Shown: piece by piece, positions 56,891 through 64,000 of the stretch
Numbering within the stretch: the first letter of the stretch is position 1
Layout of the letters: each line of letters opens with the position of its first letter
Sequence record: MW882907
Origin: Escherichia phage vB_EcoM_SQ17
Strand: one strand, 5' to 3'
Length of the DNA stretch: 64,000 nucleotides
Notes under the pieces: model-generated
Told to the model about the DNA's origin: nothing
Database searches by the model: none
The model's input: only the letters and a program-made list of their open reading frames with translations
Translations under genes and position numbers: made by a program

Positions 56891-57880
56891 TCATTTATAG
56901 TATGAATTGTGGTTTTCTAAGTAGACTTGCTCAAGGAAATCATCCCAGAAACTCATATCTACTTTTTGTTGCATACAGTTCTTAGCGGCTTGTTCTGACG
57001 CATGTTCAACTTGGTCAACTATATCTTCTAAGAATTCCTGTACGGTTTTAAACGTATGTTTACCAAGCTTAACATCGAGAATAAATGGAGCATCCTGAAG
57101 TGGGTAAACCAGGTCTCCGGTTTTGTAAATTTCCAATAGTTGAAGTCCACCGCGACATGCATGACTCAGTGCTTTCCAGTCAATACCTTCGTTAGCTTCT
57201 GCCTTACGAGCACGTTCACCATAGTTCTCTTCTAGTTTAACAAGGATGGCATTGAACTCTTTATTGGTTAACGTGTCTTGGAATTTACGGTCCAACAGAT
57301 TATAGAATGTTTGCTTACCTGTTTTCTCGTTTTCGGTTTCAACCCATGAAGCAAATTCACCTACAGGCAGAACATTCTTCATATGTGATAAACGAATTAC
57401 TGCACCATTATCAAAGTATTGTCCCCATTCATTAGAACGTTTAAGGGCTTGACGAAGAACAGCCAGTCGAGAACCCTTGACACCGTATTTAGAAGCTTGC
57501 TTACGGACATACCCTAAATAAGATTTCATGTTAGTGGTATAGAAACGAGACCTGTTATCTTGAATATACTTCCATACATCAGGCAAATCAGATTTAACTA
57601 CTAAACTTGGTGGAGTGTGAAGCATATCTAATGCGACAGTTTCGCCATCCGCAGCTAGTTTAAAGAAATATTTGAGACTATACAACTCATGGTCCACGTC
57701 GTCTTTTGTGTTCTTCGAAGCGGTGTTGTTAGTGTTCTTGCTCATATGTTCTTTAACGTTACCTGTCAAGATATCACGAGCATGAGGGACGTAAATTTCT
57801 TTAAAATCAACGTCAGATTCAGGAGTAGACGTTCCATAAAGGTGGCTACCAAAGTAGCCTTTCATAATTGTTTTCATCAT
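56891..57880 (-). CDS. Pol-beta-superfamily nucleotidyltransferase of unknown specificity
   Basis: 329 aa; N-terminal GS-x9-SDVDF nucleotidyltransferase motif (FGSHLYGTSTPESDVDFKEIYV). Confidence 0.55.
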   Translation of the reverse strand: MMKTIMKGYFGSHLYGTSTPESDVDFKEIYVPHARDILTGNVKEHMSKNTNNTASKNTKDDVDHELYSLKYFFKLAADGETVALDMLHTPPSLVVKSDLPDVWKYIQDNRSRFYTTNMKSYLGYVRKQASKYGVKGSRLAVLRQALKRSNEWGQYFDNGAVIRLSHMKNVLPVGEFASWVETENEKTGKQTFYNLLDRKFQDTLTNKEFNAILVKLEENYGERARKAEANEGIDWKALSHACRGGLQLLEIYKTGDLVYPLQDAPFILDVKLGKHTFKTVQEFLEDIVDQVEHASEQAAKNCMQQKVDMSFWDDFLEQVYLENHNSYYK

Positions 57881-58350
57881 TTAGCCTTATATTCAAGAGT
57901 AGGACAGACTTTTTCTTTACGAGCTTTAAGGTATTCACCTATTAATGATTTCTTACGTTCAATAGGCTCTAGTCCATTTTTAATTCGTTCTTGGTTTTGT
58001 GCAATGAACTCAATTTCTTTATAATATTTTCTGTCGTTATATTTGTCTAACAACCAAGACGGACCAATTACCAACCCGGCAGCAATAAAAGCCATGACTG
58101 CTACAATTAAAATGCCTACACCAATTGAGGCTGGAACTAATGTCCATAGACTGCTAAAAACAAAGAATTTAGTTAAAATTTCCTGGCCAATGATTACGAC
58201 TGCTGCTAAAATCGCAAATCCAATAATTGAAACAGCCAATACTGGGATTAACGTTTTCCAAAAATAAGCACACAATGTTTTCGGGCGATTCCATGTACTA
58301 TTGAACGCGGCATAAATTTTAAAGTGCCAAGAGTTTTCATTGATAATCAT
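57877..58350 (-). CDS. integral membrane protein
   Basis: 157 aa with about four hydrophobic segments. Confidence 0.5.
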   Translation of the reverse strand: MIINENSWHFKIYAAFNSTWNRPKTLCAYFWKTLIPVLAVSIIGFAILAAVVIIGQEILTKFFVFSSLWTLVPASIGVGILIVAVMAFIAAGLVIGPSWLLDKYNDRKYYKEIEFIAQNQERIKNGLEPIERKKSLIGEYLKARKEKVCPTLEYKAK

Positions 58351-58359
58351 AATAATTCC

Positions 58360-58902
58360 TTATTTCAAAGTCGGGATAATAGAATCAAGATAAGCTTTAA
58401 GAGCAACTGCTTCATCTTTGTCTAATGTAATGATATGTTGACGAAGGTCATCAATTTGACGAATAACTACGACATCACCATCTTCATAAGAAGGATTAAC
58501 GCCTAGGACTGTTGTAGAGTCAGGGTTGGCCAGATTTGTAATAAAAGCATTACGGCATTTAGCCCATTGAAGTTTGGCCTTTTTGGCTGTTTCAGATTCC
58601 ATTAATTCTTTCACCTTAGTGACGAATGTTTTCCAATTATTAATAGAAAAACATTCGTCTTCAGTTTCGATATTAACCCCACTATAAAGTCCATGATAAA
58701 AACGAACTTGAAGGTCTTCGTCAATGTTAATTACAGATGCATGGCCCGGTGGATTGAGTTTCAAAATCTTGTCCAGTTCCATAGGAAGAATAGTAACCGC
58801 ATCATCTTCTTGTGTCAGAACGTAAGCACAACCACGTTTTTCTATACATAAATCACCAAACAACTCAGTCGTTTCAATTACAGTTTTCATATTATTCACC
58901 AA
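58360..58902 (-). CDS. hypothetical protein
   Basis: 180 aa ORF. Confidence 0.5.
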   Translation of the reverse strand: MVNNMKTVIETTELFGDLCIEKRGCAYVLTQEDDAVTILPMELDKILKLNPPGHASVINIDEDLQVRFYHGLYSGVNIETEDECFSINNWKTFVTKVKELMESETAKKAKLQWAKCRNAFITNLANPDSTTVLGVNPSYEDGDVVVIRQIDDLRQHIITLDKDEAVALKAYLDSIIPTLK

Positions 58903-59235
58903 TTAAAGTTTCAACAAAATTCACCAAAGCATTCTGGCAAGCATCAACCTGATTTTCATAAAAGTCTCCGCTATCATTTACCGCATGATAAGCTACATCA
59001 TTCAAATCTGAATCGGCTTCACGTAAGTCACGGATAAGGTCCATCAATTTATTAGCTTGTTCACGGGTCATTTTACCATACTCGTTTCAATAAGATTCAC
59101 CATGCCGTTTACCATGTTATAAGTAAACATCGGATAATTGTATTGTACTACAATATAAGCGATAAGCAAAAGTTTCATTTTGTTCTCCATTTGTTTTGGT
59201 AGGACTACTATAACATAGTCCTATCAAGTTGTAAA

Positions 59236-59469
59236 CTACCGATTATGTTTTAAATGTTGATAAAGTTCTTCAACTTGTTTAGGGTCCAAAACAATTAAGT
59301 CATTTTCTTGGCGAAGATAAATCCATCCCTTATCCCCAGGACCATTTTTACAAAACATCACCACCATATCATCATCTTCAGCGCTTTCAGGTAAAAGTTC
59401 AAGTACACCGTCTTCAGATTTTCCAGTATAATCGTAAAGCATAATGTCCTCACATAATCTCGTTAACAT
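59236..59469 (-). CDS. hypothetical protein
   Basis: 77 aa acidic ORF. Confidence 0.45.
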   Translation of the reverse strand: MLTRLCEDIMLYDYTGKSEDGVLELLPESAEDDDMVVMFCKNGPGDKGWIYLRQENDLIVLDPKQVEELYQHLKHNR

Positions 59470-59629
59470 ACATTTGCAATTCAGTGTGCGTATCAGCCAT
59501 CTTTTTCATAGCTCTGTTAATATCGATGTCTCCATCTTCGCAACCATGAGCATTTTCCCAATCAGACACCGCATTAGCATACTCTTCAATCAAAAACATT
59601 AACTTAGAAATTTTTTCTTTACGTGACAT
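59450..59629 (-). CDS. hypothetical protein (60 aa)
   Basis: start set to ATG at 59627-59629 preceded by GGAGAA. Confidence 0.4.
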   Translation of the reverse strand: MSRKEKISKLMFLIEEYANAVSDWENAHGCEDGDIDINRAMKKMADTHTELQMYVNEIM

Positions 59630-59656
59630 AACGTTCTCCTCTAGTAAGTAAGGTCT

Positions 59657-59685
59657 ACTATAACACAACCTGAGGAGAAGTAAAC
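59657..59685 (-). promoter_or_regulatory. early promoter (-35 GTTTAC, -10 TATAGT)
   Basis: minus strand GTTTAC-ttctcctcaggttgtgt-TATAGT upstream of ORF 59450-59629. Confidence 0.45.
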
Positions 59686-59693
59686 TGCTAAAT

Positions 59694-59724
59694 GCAAAAA
59701 AGCCCCAACCTTTCGGAAGGGGCA
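59694..59724 (-). terminator. rho-independent terminator downstream of rI
   Basis: minus strand GCCCCTTCC-gaaa-GGTTGGGGC hairpin followed by TTTTTT. Confidence 0.5.
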
Positions 59725-59730
59725 GGTAAA

Positions 59731-60033
59731 TTAGATAGATTTAGGCTCTAATTTTATTTTCATGAACTCTGCAAATTGTCTGGCAGTTTTTATGCCTTGT
59801 TCATGACATTCAAATGCATCATCACAGGGGCTATTTTTGTAATGCTTTGCCATATACTTATAAAATTTTTCAGAATTCTCAACATTTTGAATTTCGAACA
59901 AAGTATATACGTTTTTAATCCCTGATTCCATAAAGTTGTCAAAGTACGGGTCTACATATGCAGTGCCAACGATAGGAGTTGTTGCTGCAAAAAACCCCAG
60001 CATCGCCACAATGGCTATCGCTCTTAAGGCCAT
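59731..60033 (-). CDS. rI: RI lysis-inhibition regulator (antiholin partner)
   Basis: 100 aa; N-terminal signal-anchor then DPYFDNFMESGIKNVYTLFE ... SPCDDAFECHEQG matching remembered T4 RI. Confidence 0.85.
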   Translation of the reverse strand: MALRAIAIVAMLGFFAATTPIVGTAYVDPYFDNFMESGIKNVYTLFEIQNVENSEKFYKYMAKHYKNSPCDDAFECHEQGIKTARQFAEFMKIKLEPKSI

Positions 60034-60045
60034 ATAGGCCTCCTG

Positions 60046-60258
60046 TTAATTTTGGCCAGTATTTATTTTTCGCCTTTGGACGGCCTTAACATCTGCGAGG
60101 TATTTTTCCAGCTTGCGCTTGCGTGTATAATCTGCTTTAGAACCGGTTTGACGGATATCCTCATTTAAATGAGAAATAGAATGTCCTAATTCTCTTCGGA
60201 TTTCATCCAATTGGGTTACAGTAAGATTACGAAGTTGTCTTTCGTTTAATTGCTGCAT
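60046..60258 (-). CDS. hypothetical protein
   Basis: 70 aa basic ORF. Confidence 0.45.
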   Translation of the reverse strand: MQQLNERQLRNLTVTQLDEIRRELGHSISHLNEDIRQTGSKADYTRKRKLEKYLADVKAVQRRKINTGQN

Positions 60259-60285
60259 ATATACCTCTTGGTTAGATATTAGTAT

Positions 60286-60867
60286 TTATAACAACCCTGT
60301 CAAATCATTCCAATGCTTCCGGCATAATGACACATATCTATCGGTGTCACCAATTTCAATTTGACTGCCATCTGTAATTGGAAGTCCGTCTTCCGTGACT
60401 CTAGCTACCATTGTGGCCTTTTTACCACAATGACAGACACCTTTAAGTTCAACAAGCTTATCAGCAATAGCCATTAATGCTTGAGAACCTTCAAATAGAT
60501 TACCTTTAAAATCTGTTCGTAGTCCATATGCCATTACCGGCACATTGTATACGTCAACAATACGACTAAGTTGATACACCTTTTCAGTAGTTAAGAACTG
60601 AGCTTCGTCAACAAATACACAATGAATATCCTTTTGTGCTGCAGCCCATTTATAGAATTCAAAGATATCCATGTCTTTTGTAATTATATTGGCGTCCTGA
60701 CGAATACCAATACGGGAGACTATTTCACCTTTTGAATCGCGAGTATCAATAGCCGGTTTAAGAACTAATACACCCATGCCACGTTCTTTATAGTTATGTG
60801 CGGCAGTAAGTAATGAAGCAGACTTACCAGCGTTCATAGCGGCATATGTAAAAATTAAACTAGCCAT
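60286..60867 (-). CDS. tk: thymidine kinase
   Basis: 193 aa; near-identical to remembered T4 Tk; P-loop AAMNAGKS and C-terminal zinc ribbon. Confidence 0.9.
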   Translation of the reverse strand: MASLIFTYAAMNAGKSASLLTAAHNYKERGMGVLVLKPAIDTRDSKGEIVSRIGIRQDANIITKDMDIFEFYKWAAAQKDIHCVFVDEAQFLTTEKVYQLSRIVDVYNVPVMAYGLRTDFKGNLFEGSQALMAIADKLVELKGVCHCGKKATMVARVTEDGLPITDGSQIEIGDTDRYVSLCRKHWNDLTGLL

Positions 60868-61057
60868 AAGAGTCCTTAGTTAAATTTTCTAAATATGTTT
60901 CTAAATCATTTTCAGCTTTATCGATAGATTTTACTAATTCGTAGTATGTTTCAGCATCTCCATAATCCGAAGCCAATTCAAAAGATAAATCTCGTTCTAA
61001 ACTAATAATTTCGCTGATTAAAAATCGTATTTCATTCTTTTGTTCGCGAGTAATCAT
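60860..61057 (-). CDS. hypothetical protein
   Basis: 65 aa acidic ORF. Confidence 0.4.
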   Translation of the reverse strand: MITREQKNEIRFLISEIISLERDLSFELASDYGDAETYYELVKSIDKAENDLETYLENLTKDSYG

Positions 61058-61260
61058 AAGGAATTTATATAATCAATAAGTTCTTGTTCTTTATCGTCGA
61101 AATCTTTACACAGTTCTTCGTATTCGTCGGTATTAAAAGGACCGCATTCATCGCAAACTTTTTCCAATTCACTATTTTTATCCATAACTTCGTGAATAAG
61201 AGAAAATAGTCTGTCTTTTTGTTCTTTACTTAAACTCATAACCATGTAACCTTTAAGCAA
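61054..61260 (-). CDS. hypothetical protein
   Basis: 68 aa acidic ORF. Confidence 0.4.
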   Translation of the reverse strand: MLKGYMVMSLSKEQKDRLFSLIHEVMDKNSELEKVCDECGPFNTDEYEELCKDFDDKEQELIDYINSL

Positions 61261-61463
61261 TATTCTTCTACATGTTGTTTACGACCTTTCTTATCAATAA
61301 AGGTATATTCAACGAATGTTCCGATGTAGTCTTTATCTACATCATGTGGACTATTAATTGGGCATTTAGTACGGCAAATGCGTTCCCATTGACGAATAAT
61401 TACTGCCTTATTCTTTGGGTCATATGGATGTGGATAATGTATATTCATAATAATGGTTCCCAA
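61236..61463 (-). CDS. hypothetical protein
   Basis: 75 aa ORF. Confidence 0.4.
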   Translation of the reverse strand: MGTIIMNIHYPHPYDPKNKAVIIRQWERICRTKCPINSPHDVDKDYIGTFVEYTFIDKKGRKQHVEEYCLKVTWL

Positions 61464-61942
61464 TCAACAATCACAATTTCTAGTTTAGTGGAATACGTAT
61501 CTAAAATCTCTTCGATGATATCCCAGTTTCCGCCACCGATACCTGCACCAATTCTTGGCATATAAATTACAGGCTTTGTTATCTTATTCTTTCCGAATTC
61601 ATTTAATTCTATTATACAATTCATTAAAGCAGAGTACTCAAAATTAGGTCCTGGCTCAAACTGTGTATAAAGATTAAAGCAATAAGCTTTATGTGTCTTA
61701 AAATATTTTTCATAAACCGAATAAGTCCCGAGTTTAGACTCGTCTCCGAATTCGGTTTGAAGTTTATCGGCTTCCAGAATTTTTGGATAAGCCTTTGCTA
61801 ATTGTCCTGCCACACCAGCGCCCATTGTATGAAAACAATTACACCCATGAGCGATATTATTACCTTTAGAAAACAGGGCGACAATATCGCCCTTGATATA
61901 GTTTTTAATCACTTGCTGCAAGTCCTCTAGTATAAGAGTCAA
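61445..61942 (-). CDS. macro-domain protein (ADP-ribose binding or hydrolysing)
   Basis: 165 aa; HGCNCFHTMGAGVAGQLA and RIGAGIGGGNW match macro-domain signature blocks. Confidence 0.6.
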   Translation of the reverse strand: MTLILEDLQQVIKNYIKGDIVALFSKGNNIAHGCNCFHTMGAGVAGQLAKAYPKILEADKLQTEFGDESKLGTYSVYEKYFKTHKAYCFNLYTQFEPGPNFEYSALMNCIIELNEFGKNKITKPVIYMPRIGAGIGGGNWDIIEEILDTYSTKLEIVIVDWEPLL

Positions 61943-62252
61943 CTAGGCGGTCCACCATAGAATTGCATGCTGCCTTATCTTTAGGTTCCGCCACCGAGCA
62001 TTCTAATATTTGCCATTTTTTATAGTATCTTTTAATTAAGGTAGACGCCTTGAACCTACTAGACGCCCCATCTTTTTCTCCGTCTTTATACGCATATAAC
62101 AATTTTTGTGAAAAATCTACTTTACACTCTTGACTTTTACCACAATAATCAGACGCTGTTCTGTTTGTATACTCCGTTACATCAGTATATGTAGTATTAG
62201 CAAGAGCGTTAAATGAAACCAAGCCAACTATTAAAGCCAACATTTTGGTCAT
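61905..62252 (-). CDS. secreted or periplasmic protein
   Basis: 115 aa with N-terminal signal peptide. Confidence 0.45.
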   Translation of the reverse strand: MTKMLALIVGLVSFNALANTTYTDVTEYTNRTASDYCGKSQECKVDFSQKLLYAYKDGEKDGASSRFKASTLIKRYYKKWQILECSVAEPKDKAACNSMVDRLVDSYTRGLAASD

Positions 62253-62791
62253 TCTTTTATTTCCAGTAGTTTGGTTGATTTAAGGTAATTAGCCTTTTCT
62301 AGGACTTCAGAAGCATATTTACTTCCAGCACTTGTCTTCCATCCCGCATTATATGAGGATATAGCTTTTCTTATATCCCCGTTATGTATATTTAACCAAT
62401 AAGAAAATTCGATATAAGCCCATCTGGCTGAATTAGACCGCTTAGATAGCATTTTCTTAATTTGGGCATCAGTCATATTATAACCAAGCTGGTTAATTCT
62501 TGCCCTCATTGTTGGTAGATAATTTTGGAACATTCCATACGCATGGTGACCTTTCTTATCTTTAAGATTAATACCGGCAGATGATTCCTGCCATAGTATT
62601 GCGGCCATTATGTATCCAAGTCCTTTCTTATGCATATTTTCATGCGTTTTAAATTTTCCATCCTTAGAAAACTGTTCCCCAAACTGATAAGCATAATTCA
62701 AGTTATCGAGTTGGACATTACTAAAAGTATGCTCGGAGCTATGTGCTGATAACGAAAGAGCAAATAGACCAGCGAGTAGTGCTTTTCTCAT
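62249..62791 (-). CDS. periplasmic lytic transglycosylase (SLT domain)
   Basis: 180 aa; signal peptide; catalytic ES-motif LWQESS and downstream SYNAG. Confidence 0.6.
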   Translation of the reverse strand: MRKALLAGLFALSLSAHSSEHTFSNVQLDNLNYAYQFGEQFSKDGKFKTHENMHKKGLGYIMAAILWQESSAGINLKDKKGHHAYGMFQNYLPTMRARINQLGYNMTDAQIKKMLSKRSNSARWAYIEFSYWLNIHNGDIRKAISSYNAGWKTSAGSKYASEVLEKANYLKSTKLLEIKE

Positions 62792-62799
62792 GTTTACCT

Positions 62800-63258
62800 C
62801 TAGATTTTAATCACTGCTTTAGAAGCTTTTCCTGGTAGTCGTTTACTGTTAATAATAGCCATTCTGCATTGAAGAGTCTTCATTTTGAATGCTGGATTTT
62901 CGCGACAAACTGTAAGTCCTAACCAAAGATTTCCGTCAGTTATTTCTAAACGGCCTGGACGATATTCGACACCTTCGACAAAATCTTCGTCAACATCTGG
63001 ACGTGCCGGCATTGATAAAAATTCTGCAACTTCTTTAACATGATTTTTTACTTTACGAAATAATTCAAAAACGTAGTTCTCATCTATTTCTCTCTGGATA
63101 GCACGATCTAAGAGATGTTGAGAATACTTGATATGAAAGCCTGGTAGTCCAAGAGACTTTGCAGCATCTTTTATACCGGCATTTATTTTGCGGAACTCCG
63201 TTTCAAAGATTCGACGGAGTTTATTACGGCGGATAAAAACGTCAGAATTGATAGTCAT
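62800..63258 (-). CDS. regB: RegB sequence-specific endoribonuclease
   Basis: 152 aa; near-identical to remembered T4 RegB (MTINTEVFIRRNKLRR ... RMAIINS.RLPGKASKAVIK). Confidence 0.85.
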   Translation of the reverse strand: MTINSDVFIRRNKLRRIFETEFRKINAGIKDAAKSLGLPGFHIKYSQHLLDRAIQREIDENYVFELFRKVKNHVKEVAEFLSMPARPDVDEDFVEGVEYRPGRLEITDGNLWLGLTVCRENPAFKMKTLQCRMAIINSKRLPGKASKAVIKI

Positions 63259-63287
63259 TTTTGATTTCTCCTCTAGTTGACAGGACT

Positions 63288-63316
63288 ATAGTAACACATC
63301 TAGAGGAGAAGTAAAC
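63288..63316 (-). promoter_or_regulatory. early promoter upstream of regB (-35 GTTTAC, -10 TACTAT)
   Basis: minus strand GTTTAC-ttctcctctagatgtgt-TACTAT, followed by GAGGAGA ribosome-binding site. Confidence 0.5.
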
Positions 63317-63320
63317 AACT

Positions 63321-63536
63321 TTATTGATAAAATGGAGTTAAAGCCCAAGATTCTTTAGATACCATATCGGCGAAATGCCTCATCTCTTCGATTTGGCGCC
63401 GACGCTGGTCGGCATAGTCTTCTTCGCCTTCTTCCTTACAATCTTCAAGGTCTTCTTCAAGATACTTTAAGTATTCACTACAAATTTTGTTGACCTTTTC
63501 TTGAAAGTCCAATAACCCAGTAATAGTAGAAGCCAT
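63321..63536 (-). CDS. hypothetical protein
   Basis: 71 aa acidic ORF. Confidence 0.45.
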   Translation of the reverse strand: MASTITGLLDFQEKVNKICSEYLKYLEEDLEDCKEEGEEDYADQRRRQIEEMRHFADMVSKESWALTPFYQ

Positions 63537-63802
63537 TAGTATTTTTCCTCAGGTCGAAATACTGCACGACATGCCCACATACTGGCTTCTTTTAGATGTT
63601 GCTTAGCATACTTAAGAGCCTGCACTGCATCCATATCTTCTTTGGTTTGTTGCTCTGTTTCATTTTCTTTCAAGATATACGCTTCTTCAATCAGAGCATC
63701 AAACATCAATCCAAGACGGACTTCGGCATCTTTAATAGCGTTCACTTTACCGATTTTATCGTCGGTATGCGGCTTGTAGCCTTTGATGTCTTCAATCGAC
63801 AT
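63536..63802 (-). CDS. hypothetical protein (88 aa)
   Basis: start set to ATG at 63800-63802 preceded by GAGGAA; the ORF-track N-terminal extension looks non-coding. Confidence 0.4.
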   Translation of the reverse strand: MSIEDIKGYKPHTDDKIGKVNAIKDAEVRLGLMFDALIEEAYILKENETEQQTKEDMDAVQALKYAKQHLKEASMWACRAVFRPEEKY

Positions 63803-64000
63803 AAGGAATTTCCTCATCGGTGGCAAGGTCATATTCGACCAATTGGATAGGCTCATTAATACCATATCCACGTACAGTGATATCAGTTGTCGGATAGTTT
63901 CCAGTAATATCACCCATTCTAAATGCTTCAGTGAATGATTGCTCGCCTGAGCAACTAAACCAGGCGGCAAAACATTTTAAAACATCTTCAGACCCTTCTA

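Noticed and set aside
1-64000. CRISPR arrays, rRNA or tRNA genes
   Set aside because: no regularly spaced direct repeats and no tRNA-like or rRNA-like stretches seen by eye; the T4 tRNA cluster lies outside this map interval; a tRNA scan was not possible

Overview
This window is a near-continuous minus-strand gene array from a T4-like myovirus (Tevenvirinae), collinear with the T4 map from rIIA through regB. Calls rest on reading the supplied translations against remembered T4 protein sequences and motifs; no database search was possible. Recognised genes include rIIA, topoisomerase gp39 (fused 39+60), dexA, dda, a ModA/ModB ADP-ribosyltransferase pair, soc, dCTPase gp56, primase gp61, spackle, dmd, helicase gp41, uvsX, dCMP hydroxymethylase gp42, DNA polymerase gp43, regA, clamp loader and clamp (62/44/45), gp46/gp47, late sigma gp55, nrdG, an intron-split nrdD, endonuclease VII gp49, nrdC, rI, tk and regB. 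The most interesting feature is that the T4 glucosyltransferase genes are missing from their usual positions. In their place are a GT-B glycosyltransferase next to rIIA and a four-gene sugar-nucleotide cassette between genes 42 and 43 (KdsD-type arabinose-5-phosphate isomerase, HAD phosphatase, fused nucleotidyltransferase-kinase, and a Cys-rich protein of unknown function). This is the gene signature of arabinosyl-hydroxymethylcytosine DNA hypermodification reported for RB69-like phages, with several components still unassigned. Other notable items are a group I intron with a GIY-YIG homing endonuclease in nrdD, two free-standing HNH homing endonuclease genes, a tandem triplet of paralogous early genes, a pair of small basic paralogous proteins, a macro-domain protein, a Pol-beta-type nucleotidyltransferase beside a P-loop ATPase, and repeated near-identical early-promoter cassettes. 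Many ORF-track start codons are over-extended into promoters; several starts were re-set by reading the Shine-Dalgarno context, and three small genes below the 60-aa cutoff were found by hand. No rRNA, tRNA or CRISPR array was recognised.
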